Assembly: GCA_021817605.1 (NCBI GenBank)
Contig: JAKAUN010000012.1
Coordinates: 7,507 to 71,506, forward strand
Reading direction: 5' to 3'
Length of the DNA stretch: 64,000 bases
DNA from: Thermoplasmata archaeon
GTDB taxonomy: Archaea; Thermoplasmatota; Thermoplasmata; Lutacidiplasmatales; UBA184
In this document: positions 26,660 through 37,195 of the stretch, piece by piece
Layout: every line of letters starts with the position of its first letter
Position numbering within the stretch: the stretch's first letter is position 1
Position numbers and translations under genes: made by a program
The notes under the pieces: model-generated
Told to the model about the DNA's origin: nothing
Database searches by the model: none
Seen by the model: only the letters and a program-made list of their open reading frames with translations

Positions 26660-27454
26660 ATGGCCCCGGTACACGTTCCGATCTTCCACGTGGATGCCTT
26701 CGCGACCCGGCGGTTCGCCGGGAACCCTGCCGCGGTCCTGGTTCTCGAGGAGTTTCTGCCCGACGCGGTCCTCCAGTCGCTCGCCGGTGAGAACAACCTC
26801 TCGGAGACGGCCTTTCTGGTCCCCGAAGGAGGGGAGTACCGACTGCGATGGTTCACGCCTACCACCGAGGTCTCGCTCTGCGGGCATGCCACGCTCGCGA
26901 GCGCGGCAGTCGTGCTCGGCCGCCTGGAGCCGGGCCGGGCCGAAGTGACCTTCCGGACGAAGAGCGGGCCGCTCGGCGTCCGACGTTCGGGGACGCAGTA
27001 CGCCATGGAGCTGCCCGCCCGACCGGTGAGCCGGATAGATCCGCCCGCGGGCCTAGCGAAGGCCCTCGGCGCCGCTCCCACGGAGGTCTGGGAGAATCCC
27101 TACGACCTCCTGGCCGTCTTCGCGACAGCGCGCGAGGTCCGCACCCTCGCGCCGGAGATGTCGGCCGTCGCCTCTCTCGAACGCCCGGGGCTGATCGCGA
27201 CCGCTCCCGGCGAGCCACCGTACGATCTGGTGAGCCGCTACTTTGCCCCGGCGCAGGGCATCCCCGAGGACCCGGTCACGGGCGCGGCTCACTGCGCCCT
27301 CGTACCGTACTGGGCCGAGCGCTTAGGGAGGAGCCGACTCCGCGCTTACCAGGCCTCCCGTCGAGGGGGGGAGCTGCTCGGCTCGCTCGAGGGGAGCCGG
27401 GTCACCCTGGAGGGAGCCTGCACCTTCTACCTCGAAGGGCACGTCGAGATCTGA
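26660..27454 (+). CDS. PhzF-family isomerase
   Basis: PIFHVDAFATRRFAGNPAAVLVL...SETAFLVPEG...VSLCGHATLASA matches PhzF/DAP-epimerase-like fold. Confidence 0.85.
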   Translation: MAPVHVPIFHVDAFATRRFAGNPAAVLVLEEFLPDAVLQSLAGENNLSETAFLVPEGGEYRLRWFTPTTEVSLCGHATLASAAVVLGRLEPGRAEVTFRTKSGPLGVRRSGTQYAMELPARPVSRIDPPAGLAKALGAAPTEVWENPYDLLAVFATAREVRTLAPEMSAVASLERPGLIATAPGEPPYDLVSRYFAPAQGIPEDPVTGAAHCALVPYWAERLGRSRLRAYQASRRGGELLGSLEGSRVTLEGACTFYLEGHVEI

Positions 27455-27535
27455 CAAGGTAGCCCCCGACACCGACCGGGGGCCCTGGGGAGGGTCCGGA
27501 ACGCCTCCCCTCGGCATCGGCAGAAGGAAGTAGGG

Positions 27536-28822
27536 ATGCCAACCCTCTCTTCGGGCAAGACCATGACCGGTTCCATCGACCGCCGGCAAGCCATCCCTCT
27601 CCTCGTCGGGGTGGCACTCCTTGCCATCTCCCCGCTCCCCTGGGCGGGCGCTCTCCCCGGTCCCGCCCTGACCTCCCTAGCTCCTTACCCCCTTCCCCTT
27701 CACAATGGGGTAGCGGGCTCGAGGCCTGTCGCCCCGTCCGCCCTCACCCCCTCGGGCGCGACCGCTGCGGCCACGGACGCGAATCTCTCCGTTCCCGTGG
27801 GATCCGAGCCGGTCGGCATCGTTGCCGACCCCTCCGACGGGCAGGTCTACGTCGTGAACTACGGCTCGGGCAACGTCACGGTGATCAGCGACGCGACCGA
27901 GCACGTGGTCGTCGCTTCGCTCCCCGTTGGCACCTTCCCTTGGGGCGCAGCCCTCGATGCGACCCACGACGTCGTCTACGTGGCGAACGGGGGGTCGAAC
28001 GACCTGACCATGCTCCGGGCGGGCAGCTCGCCCGCCGTGATCGGCTCGGTGCCGGTCGGCACATCTCCGGTTGCCCTGGCCGTTGACCCGGTCCACGGTC
28101 AGCTATTCGTCACGAACGGCGGCTCCGACAACCTCACCGTCGTCGCCACCACGACCGGGAAGGTCTCCGTGCCCTCGATCCCCGTCGGCCTCGGGCCGGA
28201 CGGGATCGCCTACGACCCGTTGAACGGCTACCTCTACGTCGCGAACGGCGGGGGCCGCAACCTCACGGTCGTCAACAGCGCGACCGACAAGGTGGTGCTG
28301 CCGTCCCTGAAGGTGGGGGCCAACCCTTCGGCCGTCGTCTTCGATCCGGCCAACGGGCAGCTCTACGTCGCCAACAGCGGCTCCAATGACGTGACGGTAG
28401 TGAACGGCACCTCGAACACGGTTGCCGTCGCCGCGATCCCGGTCGGACTGGCCCCCGAAGGCCTCGCCTTCGACAGCGCGAACGGCAACGTCTACGTGGC
28501 CGACACCAACTCCGGCAACGTCACGGTGATCGACGGGGCCACCAACCAGGTGGTCGCCGAGCTCTCGGTGGGGCAGGCGCCGTTCCAGGTCGCGTTCGAC
28601 AGCGCGAACGGGCTCGTCTACGTCACCGACGAGGGGTCCGACGCCGTGAAGGTGCTCGGTGTCGCGGCCCCGGGAGGGCAGACCCAGGGGCCTAAGGCGG
28701 CGCCCCCGCCCCTCCCCTGGCTGCCGCTGTTCCTCGTGGGAGCGGGAGCGGTGGCCGCGGCCGTCGTCGCGCGGGGGCTCCTCCGCCGGACCGCCCACCC
28801 CCCTCCCTCCTCTCCGCCGTAG
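27536..28822 (+). CDS. YVTN-family beta-propeller repeat surface protein with signal peptide and C-terminal TM anchor
   Basis: ~8 repeats of the form VYVVNYGSGNVTVI / LYVANGGGRNLTVV; C-terminal LPWLPLFLVGAGAVAAAVVARGLLRR. Confidence 0.85.
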   Translation: MPTLSSGKTMTGSIDRRQAIPLLVGVALLAISPLPWAGALPGPALTSLAPYPLPLHNGVAGSRPVAPSALTPSGATAAATDANLSVPVGSEPVGIVADPSDGQVYVVNYGSGNVTVISDATEHVVVASLPVGTFPWGAALDATHDVVYVANGGSNDLTMLRAGSSPAVIGSVPVGTSPVALAVDPVHGQLFVTNGGSDNLTVVATTTGKVSVPSIPVGLGPDGIAYDPLNGYLYVANGGGRNLTVVNSATDKVVLPSLKVGANPSAVVFDPANGQLYVANSGSNDVTVVNGTSNTVAVAAIPVGLAPEGLAFDSANGNVYVADTNSGNVTVIDGATNQVVAELSVGQAPFQVAFDSANGLVYVTDEGSDAVKVLGVAAPGGQTQGPKAAPPPLPWLPLFLVGAGAVAAAVVARGLLRRTAHPPPSSPP

Positions 28823-28890
28823 CCACGGCGTCGGGAGCGGTGGGGTCCCTACCGACTGCTACGACAGTCCTCGTCGGGACCCCCAAGGGC

Positions 28891-29169
28891 TCACGTCGGG
28901 CGCAGGCCCTCCGGGCTCGCGGGCGGCCCGCGGCGGCGGCGCCACCAGCCGACGGCGAGAAGGAGAGCGGCTGCCCCTCCGAAAACCACGGCCTCGATCG
29001 CCCCCGTCCCGGCGAGCGGGGTGCCCGACGTGAGCACGAGAAGGCCGAAGCCGGCGGCGAGCACCGAAGCGCCGAGGGCAAGTACGAGCCTCGCCGGCAG
29101 GGGTCCCGGACGCCCTCCGAGCAGCACGCCGCGTAGCAAGGTCGATGCGGGCCCACGAGTCCGCGGCAT
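28891..29169 (-). CDS. Small membrane protein (2 TM), hypothetical
   Basis: Two hydrophobic helices followed by RRRR; weak. Confidence 0.3.
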   Translation of the reverse strand: MPRTRGPASTLLRGVLLGGRPGPLPARLVLALGASVLAAGFGLLVLTSGTPLAGTGAIEAVVFGGAAALLLAVGWWRRRRGPPASPEGLRPT

Positions 29170-29235
29170 GTAAACGTCGACGGGAGGAGCGTCGGCGGAT
29201 CGACCCGGGGCATCCGCCGGGAGGGACGAGCAAGC

Positions 29236-29781
29236 TCAGATCGAGCCGAGCCGGATCTCTCGCTCGAGGAACTGCTTGGAGAGCTCCGCGGTGTTCGCGC
29301 TCGTCGCGGCCGGGCCGAGACGCAGGGTATCGACCTCGGCGATCGTCCTGTCGAGCCATTCGAACTCGTGGAAGACGAGAGGGTCGCTCAGGGCCTCCCG
29401 CAGCTTGCCGACCAGGTCGACGGGGTTGCGCATCGCCCAGTAGTAGGCCGACGCCCAGGTCCCGAACGCCTCCCAGACGAGGTCGCGGTCCAGGATCCCC
29501 CGATGGGTGAGCGTCCCCACGAGCTCGAAGAAGGTGGCGACCTCCATGCTCGCGATGTCGTCGTGCGAGAGACTGAGCAGCCTCTCGCTCAGGTGACGAC
29601 GCGCGGCGAGCATCCGGGGTCCGTCGAAGCGCTCGCGCAGGCCGATCACCGCGTTCGCCGAATTGAGACGTTGGGCCGATCGCGTCTGCCAGTACATCAG
29701 GATGAGGGTGCCGATGACCAGCGCCCAGGTACCGGCGAGCGACCAGATGGCCAGGCTGAACCAGTCGACCGTCGCCGACAC
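29236..29781 (-). CDS. Hypothetical protein with N-terminal TM anchor
   Basis: Balanced composition, N-terminal WFSLAIWSLAGTWALVIGTLILMYW helix; no assignable domain. Confidence 0.6.
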   Translation of the reverse strand: MSATVDWFSLAIWSLAGTWALVIGTLILMYWQTRSAQRLNSANAVIGLRERFDGPRMLAARRHLSERLLSLSHDDIASMEVATFFELVGTLTHRGILDRDLVWEAFGTWASAYYWAMRNPVDLVGKLREALSDPLVFHEFEWLDRTIAEVDTLRLGPAATSANTAELSKQFLEREIRLGSI

Positions 29782-29908
29782 CCCCCGCGAGGACGACGGA
29801 GCGGGGACGGGATTTGAGGTACGAGGGAGCCGGCGAACCCGCCCGAGAGGTCGAGGGACGGTCCCCCTGGCGGGCCCGGCCGGGTCGGAGGGACCGCCGC
29901 CGAGGCCC

Positions 29909-30298
29909 CTAGTCCGTACGGTTCGTCAGGAGGAACTCGTTGCCGTCGGGGTCGGCGATGACCGCCCGAAGGAAGGTGCCGATCGACGTCTCCACGACCT
30001 TCGGCTCGGCACTCACGGTCCCTCCCCGCCGTACGATCTCGCGGCAGGCCGCGACGGGATCCGCGTGCCAGAAGACGACCCCGGAAACGGTCCCGGGCTC
30101 CCGCCCACCTTCCCCCGCCCCCTGGACGTGCATAGTGAGAAGGGTCGAGGTCTCCGGCAGCGCGAAGACCAGGCGCCTCGCCCGATCGTCGTAGAGGAGC
30201 TCCCTTAGTCCTAGGACATCCCGGTAGAATCTACGCGCCTTCTCGGCATCGGTGATGTGGACGGTCACCGCGTGGAGCCGGCTGATGATGTCGCTCAC
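29909..30298 (-). CDS. VOC-family (glyoxalase/bleomycin-resistance/dioxygenase) protein
   Basis: LHAVTVHITDAEKARRFYRDVLGL...DPDGNEFLL. Confidence 0.8.
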   Translation of the reverse strand: MSDIISRLHAVTVHITDAEKARRFYRDVLGLRELLYDDRARRLVFALPETSTLLTMHVQGAGEGGREPGTVSGVVFWHADPVAACREIVRRGGTVSAEPKVVETSIGTFLRAVIADPDGNEFLLTNRTD

Positions 30299-30483
30299 GC
30301 CGACCCTAAGGAGTCCGGCGCGTTAACGCTTCGCGCCAGGAGGGCCCGCCGGCACGGGCCGAGTCACGGAGCCCGGCGGGCCTCGTCCGCCGAGGGAGGC
30401 GGGACACGAGCGTAGAAAGGCCCCTTCGAGACGCCCTCAAGGACCGTCATGGTGCTCTAATCCCGTGGTCGGTCTGACAGCCC

Positions 30484-30879
30484 ATGGCCCGCACCAAGGT
30501 CGAGTTCGTCTACAGCGGCCTCCGCGTCCGAAACCTTGCCCGCTCCCTGAGGTTCTACCTACGGATGGGGTTCAAGGTCCACCGACGGGGCCGCATGGGC
30601 CACGGAGGCAGCTGGGTCCACCTCCGTTTTCCGGGGGCGGCGCAGCGGGTGGAGCTCAACTACTACCCACGGTCGAATCCGTACTACGAGCCGATGCGTA
30701 GAGGGACCGAGTTCGACCACTTTGGCTTCCGGGTCTCGAGCGTCGAGGCGTGGGAGGCCGAACTCCGCCGTCGGAGGCTCCCGATCGTGGCACGCATCCG
30801 CGAGCCGCACGAGAACATCGTCTACACGAGGGACCCGGACGGCAACTGGCTCGAGTTCTTCGGCCCGGTCCCGGCGTGA
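30484..30879 (+). CDS. VOC-family (glyoxalase-like) protein
   Basis: VRNLARSLRFYLRMGF...FDHFGFRV...DPDGNWLEF. Confidence 0.8.
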   Translation: MARTKVEFVYSGLRVRNLARSLRFYLRMGFKVHRRGRMGHGGSWVHLRFPGAAQRVELNYYPRSNPYYEPMRRGTEFDHFGFRVSSVEAWEAELRRRRLPIVARIREPHENIVYTRDPDGNWLEFFGPVPA

Positions 30880-30889
30880 CCCGGCGCGC

Positions 30890-31654
30890 CTACTCGTAGG
30901 AGACGTCCGCGCGCAGGTAGGCGCGCACCGCCAAGACGAGGACCACGACGGTCTCGACCCCGAGCACCAGCATCTGGTAGAGGTCGGTCGCGTTGAGCGT
31001 CCCGGAGTACGCCCCACGGACCGCGTCCGAAACGTAGGTTAGCGGGTTCGCGCGGAAGAGCGCCTGGAGAACGAGCGGGAGCCCGCTGCTGAGGGGATAG
31101 AACACCGTGCTTGCGAAATTGACGACGAAGATGAGGAGGATCTGGATGCTGTTGTAGGCGGTGTTCGACTTCACCAGGGCCGCAAGCAGCAGCATGAGCG
31201 CGCCGAAGAAGATCGATCCCACGGTGATCGACGCGAGGATGATCGCAAGGGCGACCAGCCCGATCGGGGCGGTGCCCACGAGAAGGTAGGCGACAGCGAG
31301 CATCACCATCGCGCCTCCGAGGCCGAACATCATCGCGGTCAGCATGATCCCGAGGAGGTACTGCAATCTCGTGAACGGGCCGACGAGGAGCTGCGAGAGC
31401 ATCCCCCAGCGGCGGTCGGCCCACAGGATGCTTCCCCCGACCGTCCCCGCCATCACCGCCTGGAACGCCATGATCCCGGGAGTCAGGAAGTCGAGGTAGC
31501 TTGGACCTCGGTTCCCCGAGGCCAGGCTCTGGAAACCGAATCCGAAGAAGACGAGGTACATCGCCGGAAGGCCCAGGAGGATGACGAGGCTCCCGGGGTC
31601 GGTGTTGACGACGATGTTCCGGTAGACGAGGCGCAGGATGTTAGGGACCTTCAT
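30890..31654 (-). CDS. ABC-2 family transporter permease
   Basis: Real start MKVPNILRLVYRNIVV at 31654; 6 TM. Confidence 0.85.
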   Translation of the reverse strand: MKVPNILRLVYRNIVVNTDPGSLVILLGLPAMYLVFFGFGFQSLASGNRGPSYLDFLTPGIMAFQAVMAGTVGGSILWADRRWGMLSQLLVGPFTRLQYLLGIMLTAMMFGLGGAMVMLAVAYLLVGTAPIGLVALAIILASITVGSIFFGALMLLLAALVKSNTAYNSIQILLIFVVNFASTVFYPLSSGLPLVLQALFRANPLTYVSDAVRGAYSGTLNATDLYQMLVLGVETVVVLVLAVRAYLRADVSYE

Positions 31655-32627
31655 GGCCCTCCCCTCCGTGCCCCACCGAGTGCAGGAAGACGTCCTCGAG
31701 GGTGTTCTTGCGCACGTTGAGCCAGTCGAGCTGCACCGCGTGGGTCCGCGCGAGCGTGACGATGGCGGAGAGGGCCGCCTTCGTGTCGTCCGTGAGGAGG
31801 ACCGCCGCGTGACCGGCCACGGTAAGGGTCGCCGAGCCGGCGAGCTCGGCGCCCAGGGCACGGAAGAACCCGGACGGGTCCGAGTCCGCCACGGTGAGGT
31901 CGATCGTCTTCTTCCCGCCGTAGAGCTGCTTTAGGTTCTCGACCGAGTCGAGGGCCAGAAGCTTGCCCTCGTCGATCACGGCGACGCGGTCGCAGAGGTA
32001 GTCGGCCTCCTCGAGATTGTGGGTGGTGAAGACGACCGTGAGGCCGCGGCGAACCTCGGCGCGAACCGAGTCGAGGAGGGTGCGACGCATGATGACGTCG
32101 AGCCCGACCGTCGGTTCGTCCAGGAAGAGGATCTCCATGTCGTGCATGAACTCGCGGGCGACCTGGACTCGCCGCTTCTGGCCCCCGGAGATGTCGAAGG
32201 CGCGGCGGCGGCGGATCTCCCCGAGGTCGAACCTCGTCAGGAGCTGCTCGCGGCGCCGTTCGCGCTCGGCCTTGGGGATGCCCCAGAGCATGCCGTAGAC
32301 GTCGAGGTTCCCCTGCACCGTCGTGAAATCGAACGACTCCGCCTGCTGGACGACCCCGATCCGCTCTCGGACCCGCCGGCCGTCACGCGACGGGTCGAAT
32401 CCGAGGACGCGAAGTTCGCCGGAGGTCGGCTGGATGAGGGTGGTCATCGCCTTGATGAGGGTCGATTTCCCCGCCCCGTTCCGCCCGAGCAGGCCGAACA
32501 CCTCTCCGCGGCGAATCGAGAAGCTCACGCCGTCCAGCGCGAAATGCCGGCGGTCGTAGCTGTGCCGGAGGTTCTCGGCCCGGACGGCCCACTCCTCGGT
32601 TCGGGGTGGCTCCTGCCCGACCTGCAC
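31641..32627 (-). CDS. ABC transporter ATP-binding protein (ABC-2 type)
   Basis: Walker A GRNGAGKST, signature ISGGQKRRV, Walker B ILFLDEPT; start probably GTG at 32627 after GGGAGGAG (track ORF reaches 32720). Confidence 0.85.
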   Translation of the reverse strand: MQVGQEPPRTEEWAVRAENLRHSYDRRHFALDGVSFSIRRGEVFGLLGRNGAGKSTLIKAMTTLIQPTSGELRVLGFDPSRDGRRVRERIGVVQQAESFDFTTVQGNLDVYGMLWGIPKAERERRREQLLTRFDLGEIRRRRAFDISGGQKRRVQVAREFMHDMEILFLDEPTVGLDVIMRRTLLDSVRAEVRRGLTVVFTTHNLEEADYLCDRVAVIDEGKLLALDSVENLKQLYGGKKTIDLTVADSDPSGFFRALGAELAGSATLTVAGHAAVLLTDDTKAALSAIVTLARTHAVQLDWLNVRKNTLEDVFLHSVGHGGEGHEGP

Positions 32628-32902
32628 GTCTCCTCCCAGCTCGCCGAGAGGATAAGGGGCCGTCGTGGGGCGGGAGGCTGCCACTCCCGGCGGGGCTCGC
32701 CGCGCGGCAGCCACCCGCACCGCTCGCCCCCGACCACCGACGAAGATGAGGGTCCGTTGCGGGCCCTTACCCTGCGCGCGGAAAACGTATAACTCATCGT
32801 GCTAGGGGTTCGCACGCCTCGGCGCCGTTCGTCCCGGTCGAGGGACCGGAGACGGGACGGTCGACCCGTCCCCCGGACCGGCGCCTGGGGCAGGGAAAAC
32901 GA

Positions 32903-34759
32903 ATGAAAGGATCTAGAGGATGGCATCGAGCGACCGTTGCCGGCGTCGTTGTCGCCTTGGCGGCGATCTTGGCCGGCGGCTATCTGGGGGTCGTCCCCCT
33001 GAACCACCCGAACCCGTCGTTCGCCACGAGCGTATCGTGGAACCCCGGCGGCGCGAGCCGCTTCCACGCCCCGCTCTCGGAGATGGGGCTCCTCGGCGCC
33101 GCGGGGACTCTCCCCGTGGATCAGGGGTTCTCCGCCCAAGTGGTGCCGGCCTCCACCCCCGGGGTGGGAGGCGGCAGCGGAAGCCTTCCCGTGAACGCCC
33201 TGCGCTTCATCACCGACCAGAGCTACCTGCCCCAGACCGAGACGACCCTGGCCCTCGGAAGCTCAGGCAACGAGTCCGTGCTCTTGGGGGGGGTCAACGA
33301 CGCTCGTCTGTTCTTCTGCAGCCCGTTGTTCGGGAGCCCGCTGCCCGCGTCGGACTGTCCTAGCGGCTGGACCTACTCGGTCTCCGGCTTCACCATCGGG
33401 ACGCCCGGCAGCAACGCGACCACCTCGACCGTCGTGATGAGCGACGACCTTCCCGGACTGCTCTACCAGTCCACCCTCAACCCCACCTACCACGGGTTCC
33501 TCATCTCCTGGGGGGATCCGTCGGTAGCGTTCGACCCGGCGACGAGCCAGTTCTACTACGCCTCGCTGGCGATCGACCCGTTCACGGGGGACAACGGAGT
33601 GGAGCTTGCCGCCACGACCCCCACGTTCTGGTCGGATCCCGCGGCGTGCGTCACTTCGCAGGCGACTCCTTGGGAGAACCCGTGCTGGACCGCCGGACTG
33701 GTCTACGGCAACCTCACCGGGTTCATCGCGGGCGGCATCGCCTCCCACGTCCCGACCAGCTTCGAGGACAAGGAGCTCATCGCCGTGGACCAGGACCCGT
33801 CGTCGCCCTACTACGGGGACCTCTACGTCACCTGGGACCATTTCTTCAAGAACGGCTACAGCTCGAGCTATGGCGCCCGCTGCACCCCGCAGCTCTCCTG
33901 CTCGATGATCTCGGGCGGGGGCGCCTCCCGTCTCTCCGGGGCCGATCCTTTCGTCGCCTTCACGATGCCCGTGGTCGGAAGCGACGGCTCGGTCCACGTG
34001 AGCTGGTGCAACTACGGGACGCCGACGACCCTGGGGCCGGTCTCCTGCCGGGTCGCGAGCTCGCCCGCGGGCGGGAACGACTTCGGGCCGAACTCGACCG
34101 TCCTGAGCTTCGAGGGCAACGGGACCACCCTACCCGAGGCGGTGGGGCTCGTGGGCTACGCCACCGAGCAGTTCCGGACCGACTCGCTCCCGGTTCTCGC
34201 GGTGGACACGAGCGGCGGCCCGACCGACGGGAACCTCTACTTCACCATCGCCGTCTGCACGTCGCCCCAGACCTACTATGCGATCCTCTCGCCGGCCGAG
34301 CCGGGCAACTGCGGTCAATCCACCGTGCTCTTCTCCCGCTCGACCGACGGGGGCACCAGTTGGTCGGCGCCGACGGGAATTTCCCCGGCCTCCGCCGCGG
34401 TGAACGCCCAGCCGTGGGTGACCGTGGACAGCTCGAACGGGGCGGTGGTCGTGACCTACTATACCAGCCAGTTCGACGCCTTCCAACACCGCCTGGACGT
34501 CGTCGCGTCGGTCAGCACGGACGCCGGCGCCACGTTCTCGGAGATCCGCGTGACGAACATCTCCAACGAACCGGATTCCGACCCGACGATGTTCTACTAC
34601 CTCGGCCAGTTCGGCGGCTCGTGGGACGTCCCGCAGTACGGCGACTACTTCCAGGCGATCGCGGTCAACGGCCAGATCTGGACGCTCTTCACCGGCGACT
34701 ACGCGGTCGAGCTCGGCACCTTCCAGGCCGATCCGTGGCTGGCCACCGCCAGCGAGTAG
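32903..34759 (+). CDS. Secreted BNR/Asp-box repeat (sialidase-like beta-propeller) protein
   Basis: N-terminal anchor VAGVVVALAAILAGGYLGVV; Asp-boxes SRSTDGGTSWS and SVSTDAGATFS; several N-x-S/T sequons. Confidence 0.8.
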   Translation: MKGSRGWHRATVAGVVVALAAILAGGYLGVVPLNHPNPSFATSVSWNPGGASRFHAPLSEMGLLGAAGTLPVDQGFSAQVVPASTPGVGGGSGSLPVNALRFITDQSYLPQTETTLALGSSGNESVLLGGVNDARLFFCSPLFGSPLPASDCPSGWTYSVSGFTIGTPGSNATTSTVVMSDDLPGLLYQSTLNPTYHGFLISWGDPSVAFDPATSQFYYASLAIDPFTGDNGVELAATTPTFWSDPAACVTSQATPWENPCWTAGLVYGNLTGFIAGGIASHVPTSFEDKELIAVDQDPSSPYYGDLYVTWDHFFKNGYSSSYGARCTPQLSCSMISGGGASRLSGADPFVAFTMPVVGSDGSVHVSWCNYGTPTTLGPVSCRVASSPAGGNDFGPNSTVLSFEGNGTTLPEAVGLVGYATEQFRTDSLPVLAVDTSGGPTDGNLYFTIAVCTSPQTYYAILSPAEPGNCGQSTVLFSRSTDGGTSWSAPTGISPASAAVNAQPWVTVDSSNGAVVVTYYTSQFDAFQHRLDVVASVSTDAGATFSEIRVTNISNEPDSDPTMFYYLGQFGGSWDVPQYGDYFQAIAVNGQIWTLFTGDYAVELGTFQADPWLATASE

Positions 34760-34864
34760 GGGGAAAGGGTCGGCAACGAGGCCCGCGCGAGGCGGCTGAA
34801 CCCAACCCCTTCCGTCCTTTCCTTAGGGTGGATCGCCCGGGCGCCGAGCGGTCCGGGGGGGCCG

Positions 34865-35632
34865 CTACTCTACCTTGAGCCAGCGGGCCGAGACGGCGAA
34901 GCCGAGCAGCAGCATCGCGCCGGCGAACGCCGCGAGGTAGCCAAGGTAGGCCCAGTCTACGGCCGTGCCAAGGACGAACCCGCGTCCCAGGAGCGCCGAG
35001 AAGGTGATCGGATTGGCGGAGGAGATCGCCTGCATCCAGCTTGGGAACTGGCGCGACGGGAAGAGGGAGGTGCTGGCGAACATGAGCGGCATGGTGATGA
35101 AGTTCGCGACCACGCCGGGCGTCTGCCAGTCCGTCGACGGGGCGGTCACGGCGAGAAAGAGGCTCGAGAAGCCTAGGGCGAGACAGAGCAGAGCGGCGAC
35201 CCAGGCGCCCCACTCGATAGGAGTGAGGGCGAACCGGACGCCGAAGGCGAGGGCAGCGGCGACCATCACCGGGATCTGGACCATGCCGCGCGTGGCCGAG
35301 CCGAACGCCTTGGCGAGGAAGATGACGCCCTTGGAGGTGGGCGTGATCAGGATGCGCTTCATGAAACCGAAGCGCTTGTCCTGGATGGTGCTCATCGCCC
35401 CGAACATCCCGATCGAGAGCATCGAGGTCGACAGCACCCCCGGTAGCAGGAACTTGATGTAGTCGCCGGTGCCGAAGAGGCTCTCGAGGGTCTGCTTCGG
35501 CACGTTGCCGAAGCTCGAACCGAAGAAGGCGAGCCACATGAACGGCTGGACGATCGTCATCAGCAGGACGAACGGATTGCGGAACGTGCGGAGTATCTCC
35601 CGGACATAGAGCCCGAAGAACTGGCTCCTCAT
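34865..35632 (-). CDS. ABC-2 family transporter permease
   Basis: Real start MRSQFFGLYVREILRTFRNP at 35632 (ATGA overlap with ATPase stop); 6 TM. Confidence 0.85.
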   Translation of the reverse strand: MRSQFFGLYVREILRTFRNPFVLLMTIVQPFMWLAFFGSSFGNVPKQTLESLFGTGDYIKFLLPGVLSTSMLSIGMFGAMSTIQDKRFGFMKRILITPTSKGVIFLAKAFGSATRGMVQIPVMVAAALAFGVRFALTPIEWGAWVAALLCLALGFSSLFLAVTAPSTDWQTPGVVANFITMPLMFASTSLFPSRQFPSWMQAISSANPITFSALLGRGFVLGTAVDWAYLGYLAAFAGAMLLLGFAVSARWLKVE

Positions 35633-36624
35633 CCCCGGGCCCTCCGCACCTGCGCGTAGAACTTGCGCACGTCCCGCATCGGCTCTTCCTGCCCCATCCG
35701 TCGGCCGGTGAGGTCGAGGAAGACCGTCTCCAGGCTCGGCTTCTCCACGCTGATCCGGCGGATCCTCTGCGGCGGGACGGAGGCGAGGAGCTGAGGGAGG
35801 AACTGTTCCGACGAGGCGACGCGGAACGTCCACTCGGCTCCCTGGCTCGTAAGCTCCTGGATGCCCGGCAGCGCGGTCAACGCGCCGCGGTCGAGCTCCT
35901 CGGTCGTCTCGAGGACGACCAGGTCCGCCCGGACCTTCGCCTTGAGCTCGGAGGGCGTCCCCTCGGCAATGATCCGTCCGAGCTCGATGATGGCAATGCG
36001 GTCGCAGAGGGCGTCCGCTTCCTCGATGTAGTGGGTCGTCAGGAGAACGGTGACCCCGTACTCCTGGCGCACGCCACGGACGATGTCCCAAAGCATCCGC
36101 CGGGTGCCGACGTCCAGTCCGATCGTCGGCTCGTCCATGAAGATCACCGACGGTTGGTGGAGGAGGGCAAGCGCGATCTCGAGCTTCTTGCGCATCCCGG
36201 TCGAGTAGTGGGAGACCTTCTCGTCCCTGCGGTCCTCGAGCGAGAAGTAGGCAAGGATGGTCCGGGCCCGCGACTCCCAGTCGCGCAGGCCCTGCAGCTT
36301 GGCCTGGAGCCAGAGGTTCTCCCAGCCGCTGAAGTCGTCGTCCAGGATCACCTCGGCAGCGACCCAGCCGATCCTCGAGCGGACCTCCATCGACTGGCGT
36401 CGGACGTCAAAGCCCGCGACGCGCGCCTCCCCCGAGGTCATGTCGCTCACCCCGGTGAGGACCTTGATGAGCGTCGTCTTGCCCGCTCCGTTCGGCCCCA
36501 TGAGGCCGAAGACGCTTCCCGACGGGACCGAGAGGTCCACTCGGTCGAGAGCGAGGACCCCTTTCGTCAAGCTTCCGTAGCGCTTCGAGAGGTTGTGCGT
36601 CTCGATGGCCACCGGGGCCGTCAC
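35629..36624 (-). CDS. ABC transporter ATP-binding protein (ABC-2 type)
   Basis: Walker A GPNGAGKTT, signature YSTGMRKKL, Walker B VIFMDEPT. Confidence 0.9.
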   Translation of the reverse strand: MTAPVAIETHNLSKRYGSLTKGVLALDRVDLSVPSGSVFGLMGPNGAGKTTLIKVLTGVSDMTSGEARVAGFDVRRQSMEVRSRIGWVAAEVILDDDFSGWENLWLQAKLQGLRDWESRARTILAYFSLEDRRDEKVSHYSTGMRKKLEIALALLHQPSVIFMDEPTIGLDVGTRRMLWDIVRGVRQEYGVTVLLTTHYIEEADALCDRIAIIELGRIIAEGTPSELKAKVRADLVVLETTEELDRGALTALPGIQELTSQGAEWTFRVASSEQFLPQLLASVPPQRIRRISVEKPSLETVFLDLTGRRMGQEEPMRDVRKFYAQVRRARG

Positions 36625-37172
36625 GCCCCGGGCCTCCGACGCCGCGGGCGAAAGGCCGCAGGGGTCGTGCGACCTCCCGAGATGCGGAGGTCGGCGAGCT
36701 TGAGCTGCTGGAGCACCCGGCTCCGCAACAACTCGACCTTGGTCGGCGTGGTCGGATTGTTGGCCAGGTACTCGGCCACCCGGTTGAGTTGGGTCTCGAG
36801 TCGCTCGACCAGGTAGGTTCCCGGGTCGCTTCGCCCGGCGATCTCGGACCAGAGGACCCCGAGGTCCGGCCCGGCGCGGGCTCTCCAGTGCATTCCCCGT
36901 CGAAGGCCTCGGAGGAGCTCCCGTCCGGCCGGGGTAATGCGATAGATCCGGCGTCGACCCTCGGGGGCCGACCTCGCGAGCCCGCGTCGGACGAGCGAGC
37001 CGAGCGCCGGATAGACCGCTCCGGGCCCGGGCCGCCAGCTGCCGGCGGTCCGCTCGGAGATCCGCTCGGCGAGCTCGTAGCCGTAGAGGCGACGCTCGTG
37101 CTCCATCACGGAAAGCGCGTAAAGGCCGAGGACGCGGGCGGGAGATGGCCGGCGAGAAGAGGGTTCGGGCAT
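36621..37172 (-). CDS. PadR-family transcriptional regulator
   Basis: YGYELAERISERTAGSWRPGPGAVYPALGSLVRRGLA...RRIYRITPAGRELL; leaderless ATG at 37172 with TTATATC TATA-like box 24 nt upstream; stop overlaps ABC ATPase start. Confidence 0.8.
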   Translation of the reverse strand: MPEPSSRRPSPARVLGLYALSVMEHERRLYGYELAERISERTAGSWRPGPGAVYPALGSLVRRGLARSAPEGRRRIYRITPAGRELLRGLRRGMHWRARAGPDLGVLWSEIAGRSDPGTYLVERLETQLNRVAEYLANNPTTPTKVELLRSRVLQQLKLADLRISGGRTTPAAFRPRRRRPGA

Positions 37173-37195
37173 GGGCGACCGAACTTCTATTGAAT

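Noticed and set aside
33646-34878. 410-aa plus ORF
   Set aside because: Alternate frame of the BNR/Asp-box gene (32903..34759); R/G/P-rich
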